A stretch of DNA of 64,000 nucleotides from Octopus vulgaris (taxonomy: Eukaryota). The stretch's first letter is position 1. Each line of letters opens with the position of its first letter. The DNA lies in contig OX597818.1 of the NCBI GenBank assembly GCA_951406725.2, positions 70,618,001-70,682,000 on the forward strand, written 5' to 3'. A model generated the notes under the pieces. That model was not told where the DNA came from. It saw only the letters and a program-made list of their open reading frames with translations, and ran no database searches. This document shows, piece by piece, positions 53,855-64,000 of the stretch. A program made the translations under genes and the position numbers.

Positions 53855-54018
53855 GTGTGAAAAGAGAGTGGCAGTGGCAGTGTCAGAGACTAGCAAAATC
53901 TTCTGGGATTTCCCAATCCAAACAAATCAGATGCTAGAGCATAACAGACCCGACCTAGTGGTGGTGGACAAGATGCACCACATATACTATATCGTTGACG
54001 TTGCATGTCTCTTTGACG
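53855..54018 (+). mobile_element. R4/Dong endonuclease fragment, same family as 29083-30513
   Basis: SKIFWDFPIQTNQMLEHNRPDLVVVDK...IVDVAC matches 30050-30180; follows (TAA)n(CAA)n. Confidence 0.88.
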
Positions 54019-54967
54019 GTGTGAGTCAGTGGAAGCATGTATTCCTTGATGCTCTGCACTCTATTTGCTCCCTCCTCAGCACAGCCACTAACACCACACC
54101 TCGTGGAAGGCTGATCAGTTTTTTACCACCAATCAACTTCTGAGACATCACTACCAGAATTGCTAGTGAAGGGTGGACCCTGTGCTCCTGAAGAAACAAG
54201 ACCAGTTCTCAAAATGTGATCCAGAAAACATGATCAAAATATGATCCAATAGTTGAATTACTTGAATGCAATCCACTGTCCGGCCATGTACACTTATTGA
54301 GCGGCAAGGAGGAAATGGTTTCATTGAAACATCTGGCTCCAGTGGGAGATACACAGTTTTCCATTGTGCCAACTGAGCTTCATACCTCATCATGCAATCA
54401 GGAACCTGTGAATGACCTCGAAGCAGAAACACCGGCAGTTGAAACCAGAACCAGTGGTATCAATCCTGAAGAAGAAGTTAACTGTTCAAAACTTGCTAAT
54501 CTTGAGCAATCGAAAGCAGGTCAACAACGTCTACTCTCGGACAACGTGATAAACTGAAAGGCTGACCAACAGCATCTACACTCATACAACTTGCAAGGCT
54601 AAAAGACATAAACTATCCAGAATACAGTAATGCCCCATGTTATATTTTGATGCCTCAGAACTTTACGAACTCACCTGGTCGTACTCAGGTTCTTCAGCAG
54701 AGGAGAATGTGGTAATAATTACTGGTATTATTACTATAACTATACAAGTTATATTTGCTACTGTTAATATTACTACAGCCAGTTGAAAACGGGGTTTTGA
54801 AATGAAAACAAGGCTTAAAAATGGTGTTTGAACATGTCTGCTGAGCAGCCAGGTTCATCACTAAAGCTACTGCTGACAGATACTGTACTCTCATTCTTAG
54901 AAGAGTAAAAACTATTTACAACCAATCTTTCCAGCGTTCTGTATTAACGAAATTGAGAATTGCTACA
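54019..54967 (+). mobile_element. Gypsy-type LTR retrotransposon 3' remnant (integrase end, PPT, LTR 54708-54967)
   Basis: QWKHVFLDALHSICSLLSTATNTTP, PVLLKK, VELLECNP...VSLKHLAP; purine tract AGCAGAGGAGAA immediately before TGTGGTAAT...ATTGCTACA (TG..CA, 7/9 inverted match). Confidence 0.78.
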
Positions 54968-55313
54968 TTAATGCACAGAAGTACATGGTTAACTGGCCAG
55001 AGAGAGGGGGGAGGAAGGGAGAGAGAGTGAGGAAAAGAGAGAATGTGAAAGAGGGAGAGAGAAGAAGAAGAAGAAGAGAAATAAATGGTGGCAGGTAGCA
55101 AGACCTGCCCTCAGGGTATGGAAGTTATATGTGGCCAGATATTGCCAAGAAGGCAGAAGGAGGAAGTAGGGGTGAGGATTGCAGTGACAAGTGTGAGAGC
55201 AAGTGGGGAAAGCAGCAATACTTATATATATACACACACACATATATATACATGTACATATATGTGTGTGTGTATATATATACATACATACATACATGTA
55301 TATATATACATAC

Positions 55314-55497
55314 CAGAGTAAGCACATAAATGTGAAACAAGGTGGAAAAAAAAGAGTACTCAAATACCAGAGGTAGAGTAATATGCTTTATTTAAAAGCA
55401 GAAGAAATTTAACAAAAGCTGTTACTCAGAGTTTCACAAATGGGAATGTGAAACTCTGAGTAACAGTTTTTGTTATACTTCTGCTGCTTTTAAATAA
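55314..55497. mobile_element. Sister of the 23.8-kb foldback element with the centre deleted
   Basis: Same extension (AAGCACATAAATGTGAAACAAGGTGG) and arms CTGTTACTCAGAGTTTCAC / GTGAAACTCTGAGTAACAG; both CTGATGA cores missing. Confidence 0.78.
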
Positions 55498-55500
55498 TGT

Positions 55501-55625
55501 ATCATCATCATCATCATCATCGTTTAACGTCCGTTTTCCATGCTAGCATGGGTTGGACAGTTCGACCAGGGTCTGGGAAGCCAGGAGGCTGCACCAGGCT
55601 CCAGTCTGATCTGACAGTGTTTCTA
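55501..55625 (-). mobile_element. RTE-family tail; other short tails at about 2790-2866, 11355-11460, 25780-25850, 45210-45430, 52010-52067
   Basis: (CAT)n CGTTTAACGTCCGTTTTCCATGCTAGCATGGGTTGG. Confidence 0.8.
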
Positions 55626-56030
55626 AATATATATATATAGATAGATAGATATACACACGCACATACACACATATCACTTCCGCACATGCCAGCTTAAATT
55701 AATTTGTCTTTTGTTGAAAGACACCTTTTGTTAATGTCCTGTCATTTGTATTTGTATACCATTTCTTCGTTTTTTCCTGTCTTTTTTTTTTCATACACAT
55801 TCGCTGCTTTCTTCCAAGGAATCTAGTGCTCTTAGCTTAGATTTTCCTTGGGGCTGGCCAGATTGGAGCAGTCTTGAGTATAACCAGCCGAAAATGCAGA
55901 GCTAATCTGGAACTCGACTGACGAAAGAAAACTCCGAATGACTCATCCTTGGTTTTTCTTGTTCCTTTTTGTATCATCTAACTGTCTGGATGTCTTGTTG
56001 TCGCCTGTTGCTTTCTTGTCCCATTTTTTG

Positions 56031-56073
<43 letters not shown>

Positions 56074-56074
<1 letters not shown>

Positions 56075-57648
56075 TAGCAGAGATACCCGGCATTGCTCAG
56101 GATTAAAATGACATAGTTTGTATATATATATTACTGTTATGTTGAAACATATGATATGGAAATTGCAGCATTGACAACAAAACATTTATGGAGTAAATGA
56201 TGGGCTAATTTGACTAAGCAACATGTCATGTCTCTGTTTGAAGGATATCAGATCCTAACCTGTAGTGGAAACTTGGAGGTGAGGTGTGTGTGACTTTTGA
56301 ACACACTGAGAAGCTGTCAGTGGATATAGTCTCCTTTGCAACGGTCGGTGCTGCATCCAACACGATCCATTGAATGGTTGACAGCTGAGTGAATGTAGGT
56401 GTAATGTTGTATGTAAATGGGTCCAGTCTGGAAAGGGGCTGCAATGGGTGAAGGCAACAGGGAAGTGAACTGTTGAAATGTTGCAGAAGGTGAAGGGTTG
56501 ACATTGGATTGCTGGTGTGGCTGTAGAATAAGAAGCATAAAGTGAGCCTATGCAGTCACATGAGAACATGTAGTAATGAATTACTTGAAAAAAAGCAGGT
56601 GTAATAAGGCTTACCACATGGTTGGTGAGAGTAATTGGAGAATGTGCTTTGATAGTGAAATCCATTCAGGGAACGGTTTTGTTGATGCAGTCTTTGCATT
56701 TGTTCGTATTTTGCCAAAATGGTATCCATCTTCAGCATTCACAAAGAGCAGTGGATACTGGAGCACATCGTAGGATGTGGTAATTCCTACAAAACCTCTT
56801 GGTAAACAATATTCTTTGCTTTCTCTTGTAGAACAAATGCAAATAGATTTTTATTTTTGGCTCCCAATCTAGAGCAGTCAATATTTAATCACTCATGTGA
56901 GAAGCATGACTCCTCCAAGTGAAGTTCTTCTACTGACGGTATTTGACCCTGGGATCTATTGATAGACATTATGAAGACGATGTGAATAGGAAATTGCACT
57001 CTTCTGAATGAAAAAGGAATTTGTGCTCCCAGTGGAATGAGAAGAATTCTGGGTATGAAAACATCCTCTCCTTTCCCACATTCTGAGAGAATGGTGGCCT
57101 CAGTAACATGTAGCATCATCTTCTTTACCACCAGGCATTGCAGGGTGTTGGTGGATCCAAACTCCTCAATAGCATTACGAGAATTCCCATTTTCAGTTCC
57201 AATCTGTGGGGAAGTAGTCTTGGAGGCTCCATTGAATTGAGAAATTCTTTTGGATAATTTACCACCTCTTCTGGATCTAGGATTGTATCAACTGATGTGA
57301 GGACTTCCTGGAAGGTACTGCAGCAGCTGCTCATTAATTTTACTTACAGTGCTATTTTTGGAGCCAATTGAGATTGTGATGATTTTTTTACCAATGGATG
57401 TTAGGGAGACAATCAAATTCTGAAAGTTACTTCGCAAAGAGTAACCTCCCTTTTCCACATAACCCAGGACTAGGTGCTTTGTGCTCCCAGGGTTGCTGTT
57501 ACTCATTATGTGAAAAATTTCAAGTCTAAAACCATCTCTGGAACATAAGTAATGTATATTCCCAGTTTGGAGAAAATCAATCAAAAAATATGTCCGTTAT
57601 AATCTTTTACAAACATACAAACACACAGACAGAACAGGATTTATATTG
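56074..57648 (-). mobile_element. Helitron deletion derivative with PIF1-type helicase remnant and both termini
   Basis: YPKEFLNSMEPPRLLPHRLELKMG..MLLRSLDP and GEDVFIPRILLIP...FRRVQFPI...MSINRSQGQ...CFSH; 3' end CCTGAGCAATGCCGGG...CTAG|T; 5' ATATAAATCCTGTTCTGTCTGTG. Confidence 0.9.
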
Positions 57649-57729
57649 TGTGTGTGTGTGTATGGTGGTTGTGTACTTTCTATGCAGATGCTGACCACCT
57701 CATGCACCTTAGATCCATCATGGCATCTA

Positions 57730-58500
57730 ATGTGAATTTTTAAACCAGACAGTGTATTTCATCAAATATGATGAAAAATACTCCTCCAGTACTGTTCTGA
57801 CCTCATCTACAGAATTCATTTCTCCATCCTCATGATTTTGAAAACTACAGAATAATTAGTAATTAGATGAATATGGTGGGTGGGACCTCGTTTCCCATTC
57901 AAACTGCTCCAGCCTTTGGAATGCCATCCTTACTATATGTGGGATGAGCATTATCCTGATGGAAGAACATCTTTCTTCATGGAACATAAGATGGTCATTT
58001 TTCTTCTAGTGCTGACATGAATGACTGGTCGAATGACCAAATCCAAGCTTCTCTACTAGTTCCTCAACAGTTATGATAGGATTTTGTCCCACCAGAGTGT
58101 GCAGGACATCCTCATCGAGTACTACAGATCTTCCAGGATGAAGCTTGTCTTCTAGGCTGTAGTTTTCAGCTCAGAATTTCTGGACCCACCTTTGACACCA
58201 GCTTACACTTATTGTCCGATCCCCATATACTGCATTAATATTCCTCACACTTTCTGTTGCCTTGTTGCCTTTATTGATTTATTGAACTCATAAAACAAAA
58301 TATGTCGAATATGCTCCTTTGTCACTTACATTATAGCTTTGAAAAAAATAACTGTTAAAATCGAACTGCACTCTTCAAAACTTGGACTAAGAATAAGTAC
58401 AATGTAAAATTACTACCTGCTTTCATAGCAGGTTGATGCAGGCAGTTTATTCTGTCCCACCTCCGACTTTTAGTTCATGCAATTGAAAAAAACCTCATTG
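57730..58500 (-). mobile_element. Mariner transposase remnant, internally deleted
   Basis: Minus strand gives KEHIRHILFYEF...VRNINAVYGDRTISVSWCQRW...SLEDKLHPGR, then FFHQDNAHP and HPPYS; TIRs not resolved. Confidence 0.85.
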
Positions 58501-58572
58501 TATATATATATACATATATATATATATATACATGCACACACGCATACACACAAAAAAGAATATATATGTATG

Positions 58573-58612
<40 letters not shown>

Positions 58613-60313
58613 CACACAAATATATATATATATATATATATAAGACTAGGTAATCCTTCTAAGAGATTAACAGCTTGTGTGTCTTAATCACTTGGATACC
58701 AATCTACCTGAGACGTAAGCTTCCTGTTTAAACTTCCAAACAGCAGCTTAATTAATAACAGTCGTTTCACTAAATTCTTCCTTATTTTCAAAATTATTTG
58801 AAGCAAAACGATATATGTTTCAACAGAAATATGGTAACAAAGGATTTAACAGAAAATTTCAAAGTCGTTGGCCAGAAAATATTTATTACTCAATGATTTG
58901 ATCCTTCAAGTCTGAATTTGTGTTTGTTTAGTCTAGATCAGCTCTCAGTGAATATTGACTGTACCTCTATTCATGGCAGCCTATATAAAATGATTTTAGG
59001 AAGTGTGACAGTCGCCCATCATTCATATATTTCTCTCCTTCTTCCCGACTCATCCCCCACCCCAAAGGTTCCTGACTTGGGCTGATACAGTTTGGTACCT
59101 GTGTCATTGCATTTATTGATGTCAGGGGGTAAAAGACCCAGCTACCAGACACCACAGGCTGTTTCATCCAACCCTCTTAAGTCTTGCCAAGCCACATCTG
59201 AATTTTCTGTTGGCTGTATTAGATAGAATGCATTGTTGTATTTATTCTGACTCAAGTTCTGATGCTTTGAGTTCAAATCCCACCAAAGTTAATATTGTCT
59301 TTCATCCTTTTAAGGTTGATAAAAAAGAATTACCAGACTGTGTAGGTTCCTGGGAAAAAATATTCCATCTCTGACCATTGTATTTTTGCAAAGTAAAGAC
59401 AAGGGCAGATTTGAAGACTGACACACAAAATATGATTGGCTTCTTGCAGCTTCTCTCTATTAAATCCTCCCACAAGGCTTTGATTATCCTGGGGCTATAG
59501 TAGGTGACACTTGCCCAATGTGCCATACAGAGGGACTGAACCTCAAACTATATGACTGGAAAGCAAACTTCTTAAACACACAGCCATGCTTGTGTTTAAG
59601 TTCTTCTCTCATTCTCTTAATCCTACAAGAAGAAGAGTTGAGCTCTAATCCTTCAGATACTTATATTCTGCAAAAGATTAACTGATAAAATCACTGGAAA
59701 ATGGTAAGTTAGTGCTAACATATTTTATGGAGGGAACATTTAAATATAACTAGAAATAATAATATGTTGAGAAAAAAAGCAATTATTTCAGCAAGTATGA
59801 GGAATAACTCTGATTATATTTTGGCCTTATTGTGATCTCATCAGTGAAACACAGACTTTACTGTACTTGTTGAAAGAAGTAAATGGTAAATGTTGGAGAT
59901 TGCTCCATTGGTAGGCATTGAAAGCTAGAATTGTTTAGAGAATATAGATTTCTTTTCATTAAGCACAAAACTCAACTCTACAGTGAGTGCTGCCATCTAG
60001 CTGATTAAATTGATCATCATACATTAGCATTGTTACTGATTTTATGGACTGCAGAATTAACAAAATCAACAACACTCAGACTTGCCGACACACTTTGAAC
60101 TGAGACGAATCAAACTAAATTCTTTTAATCCATTTAGTCCAGTAACCCTGATATTTTTACCAACTTGCTGCTCCAGTCTTTATTATATATTGATTTCTGT
60201 TAACTTATATATTGATCTCTTTTAACTGATGAAAAAAACATATTTCATTGACCAATAATTTGTTAGAATTTCACATACAACATTAGTTTTTTTTCTTCCT
60301 TCCAGATAGACAC

Positions 60314-60363
<50 letters not shown>

Positions 60364-62263
60364 TAATCAAATCTTTCAGATTTTTCTTTCAACTGTTTTT
60401 TTTTAAGCATGAGGTAGTAATTTGTAAATGAAGAAGTGGAGGTTTAAATTAATGCAGCCCTCTGTTGCTTCTGCCAACTCACTATGTTGCTGGTTATTCT
60501 GTCAAAACCCTTTTCTTATGAGATTCCTGTGGCAATACACAGCCTTTGTTTTCATGGATTTTGAAAATATTTCGAAATTTAGCAAAATAACTTTGTTGTT
60601 ATTAATCTGGTGATTGTAACATAAATTAATGCAAAATTTCGACAGAAGACCTTAATTTAACACCACTTTAAGACAGGATATTTGCCTTATGGAATCAAAG
60701 ATGGTCTTAGGCCTGCTGATATCTAAAGTTTTAACCCTTTCAGCTGTGATAGATGAGATCTATAATTAAAAGGGATCCAGCCATAGTAATCCTTCCATTT
60801 TTTTTCTTTCAAAATGGTAAGATATTATTTGAGGAAGGTTTAGCTGCTATTTCTTGCAAGTAGAACAATTATCTAAAGGCTCCATCATTACTTTGTTAAT
60901 AAAGTCAATGACACCATTGAAGAAGACAACATTCTTGTTAAGATGATTGTTGAAGAATCCCATTCTGCATTGTTGTCATCTGAGTGTCGGAAATACTTAC
61001 TTTGGTCATTATACTTTAGTGTTTTCACTTCTGGTGTTTCACTTCCGTATTTATGGATTGAACTTCATCATATAATCATCATCATCATCACCATCATCAT
61101 CATCGTCAGGTATGACTGTTTGATAAGAAGCTTTCTTCTCAACTACGTAGTTTTGAGTTCTGTCCCACTGCATGGCACCTTGGGCAAGTGTCTTCTACAT
61201 TGGCCCCAGAATGACCAGAGCCTTTTAAGTAGATTAGATTGATGGAAACTGAAAGAATCCCATTTATTTATGCATGCATGCAGAAATATATAAATATAGA
61301 ATGAGAGCAGCAAGAAAAGTGAGGGAAAGGCAAGCCTGAGGTTACCCAGATGGGAAAGAGTAGGGCATGAATACAGGGGAGGGTATGGAGTAGTGGAGGT
61401 AGGAGTAGAGTAGGAGAGAAAGTGGCTAGAGTTTGAACCATATATACAATACGTACAAAAAAGATGAGCATGTGCACACACACACACACACACACACACA
61501 AACTTATGTATTGTGTGGCTTCTGTTAGTTTCTGTTTACTAAATCGGTTCGCAGGGCTTCGATCAACCTGCAGCAAATGTGTTCAGTAAATGACTCTTGG
61601 ACATGACTGAGTCATGCAGTTGGGAAGCAGACAACTTGACCACACAACCAGGTGCTCCATATGTGACGCTTGCCCAATGTGCCATACAGTGCTTTTCTTA
61701 AAGAAACAAGTATGAACTAATGACAGGAATAAAATCCAGCAGAATAATCTTAACTCCAAGAAATCTCCATCCAAACTGATGCTGGAATGGAAAAGATGTT
61801 AAATGAATGAAAAATGGAAAGAAACAGCAAAAAGAGGAAGATTCCAGGAATAAGTTCGGTTACACACTGAACATGGAATGAAACATTATAGCAAAACATA
61901 GTTTCCATGGAAAGCTAGAAATGTTGAGGGTTGGTGAGGGTGGGGGTATTTCATAAGATGCATTTAACAAAGAGCAAATAACTCTTGATTTATTTTTAGA
62001 TGAAGTCACATGATCAACAGTGAAATGTCCAATGAAAATGCTGGATTTGGATAAATAGTTGAAGAGTGACTTTAATCATAGATAACAAGTTTGAATGTTC
62101 GGGTAAAATCTGTTCTCTGTTCTTTCATCATCAATGATAATGGAATGTGAGGAGATGGGTGGTCAGGGTTTGGCCTGTTCCTGTAAAAGTTGATTCAGTT
62201 AAAATGCAAAAACCAAGGTATCTTGATATCGTTTGATAAAACACACCAGACAGATAGGGGTCT

Positions 62264-62370
<107 letters not shown>

Positions 62371-63090
62371 TATACATATGTATATATATTTCATGGCACA
62401 GCAAAGTCTTCAGAGTCTTGAAAGTTCTTCTAAAAAAATTGGAAATGATCTTTTTTTAATTTTTCTATGTTTAAAATTTAGCTTACATTACAAAAAAATT
62501 CAAAAAGATGCAGAAAGAAATTTTAAATCTAACAAATGGACTTCAATTGAAATGTCTTAAAAAGTTTCCATCACTAAATTCACCAGACATTATTAGTTTT
62601 TTACATGTCATGGACTCATATTAGGTGAGGAATGAGTATTTTCGATAGAAACAGTAATTGTAGAAGGTGTTGTGCATGGAGTATAAGGAAGATAAGTGAG
62701 TAGTGAACTACTGCTTCTGTTGGCAACGAAGAACGGCTGATGTAATCCGCATGGGGAGGCAAAAAACAGCCTGAAGGAATTTGAATAAAATAAATTAATA
62801 ATGTATCATCACTGTTTTGAAGAGAAGTTGAACGAGAGTGAATATTAAAATGGTTCGAGGCTTTGGTTACAGTAACAGAATAAATACTGAGGCATACGTT
62901 AGCATAGGAATATATGTTGAGTAGGAAGCTGCTGCCAAGTTGTGATACAGAATGCAGAGAATAGAAGGAAGGTGAAAAAGACTGGGTGAGGAAGATGAAA
63001 CCTTAGAAAGACAGCTATTAAAAATGTGTTGAAGTTTTCAAACAGATGGAAATGTGTCATAGGGCAGGGGGGGGGCGGAAAGGACATCAA

Positions 63091-63281
63091 CCTATTTGTT
63101 ACCATATTCCTGTTTCAGTTAATTTGAAACTGAAGAATTTAGTTATAAAAACTTGGTCTGGTGTTTGGAACATAAATTAACTACAAATTTTGATGGAAGG
63201 TTTTAATTTGGATCCCTTCAAAACAGGAAATTTGCATCATAGAACCAGGAGAGGCCTTGGACTGGTTGATAACAAAAGGGG
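63091..63281 (-). mobile_element. TTAA-type MITE, family 1
   Basis: Reverse complement of 15897-16119; ends ACAAAAGGGG|TTAA. Confidence 0.75.
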
Positions 63282-64000
63282 TTAAATAAAAGGAGATGTT
63301 GAAGATGTTGGTAATGGCAATGACTGATGCTGGTGTTTTTTTAAGTTCTTTGTAAAAGATTCTAAAACAGAAGTTATGTTACAACATCATACTCTCCCCT
63401 ATCTAAAGTAAAACATTAGAGTTTATCAGCTTGATTTTACTTTACAAAAGTCTGTATTTGTATTCATTGAACAAAATGTGAATGTGAAAAAGCAAATCAA
63501 AAGACAAGCTGGGGATTTGAACTTACAACTAATGTGTAGATAGTTTATTAGCTTTGTACTATTAGTTCTCAGACCTTTTATACTCTCAGTACACTTTCAA
63601 GCAAATAAAAATATCTTGTTTCTTTTTGTACATAAAGTCAGAAAAATGTATGAGAAATGGTATTTATATATTTTAGACAAGAAATATATTAATAAAAATT
63701 ACAAAAATATTGTTAAATATTTCTTTATTCAATAAATGAAACATAGTGGTGCTCCAGCATGGCCGCAGTCAAATCACTGAAACAAGTAAAAGAATAAAAG
63801 AATAGTTATCCAGATGTTATATTTAAAATTTCAGTTTGTAGTTTTCACATTTTAAACTCTTTTCTTGCCATATTTTTTATGAAATAGTTTGTTTGTTTCA
63901 AGTTGGAAAATAATGTTGACTCCGGGGATGTTTAGTGAAATAACCAACTCTGCTATTTATAAGCTGGTATTTGGAATATAAAAAAGAAACACTTCTACAT

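Noticed and set aside
55845-55935. Two overlapping hammerhead-like folds (GGCTGG/CCAGCC-GAAA; TTGAGT/ACTCGA-CTGACGA)
   Set aside because: The first lacks the CTGANGA core; the second lacks helix II and a paired helix III.
59808-59850. Minus-strand CTGATGA-GATC...GGCC-AAAA motif
   Set aside because: GAAA is absent and there is no helix I.

Overview
AT-rich eukaryotic non-coding DNA, intergenic or deep intronic, with no recognisable host protein-coding gene. The repeat repertoire strongly resembles octopus (coleoid cephalopod) DNA; this is an inference from recalled repeat families, not a database result. Most long ORFs in the track are microsatellite artefacts, and the rest are decayed transposon fragments: RTE LINEs (one with a PHD-like finger inside the RT region), R4/Dong-type LINEs in (TAA)n arrays, a Penelope-like GIY-YIG element, a Gypsy integrase end plus LTR, CR1 remnants, Tc1/mariner remnants, a hAT element with a perfect 8-bp TSD, Helitrons, TTAA MITEs and two tRNA-derived SINE families. 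Five signals stand out. (1) Short foldback elements in (TA)n carry divergent hammerhead ribozyme motifs, in at least two unrelated families (about 23.8 kb and 50.6 kb), each with a collapsed sister copy. (2) A 266-bp block is 265/266 identical between two inverted Helitron copies 43 kb apart whose flanks are clearly diverged. (3) A tRNA-like unit sits inside a Penelope 3' region. (4) Dong LINEs are stacked in (TAA)n with mosaic identity. (5) A Dong fragment is fused to a Gypsy fragment. Coordinates were counted by eye, and ends of decayed elements are approximate.
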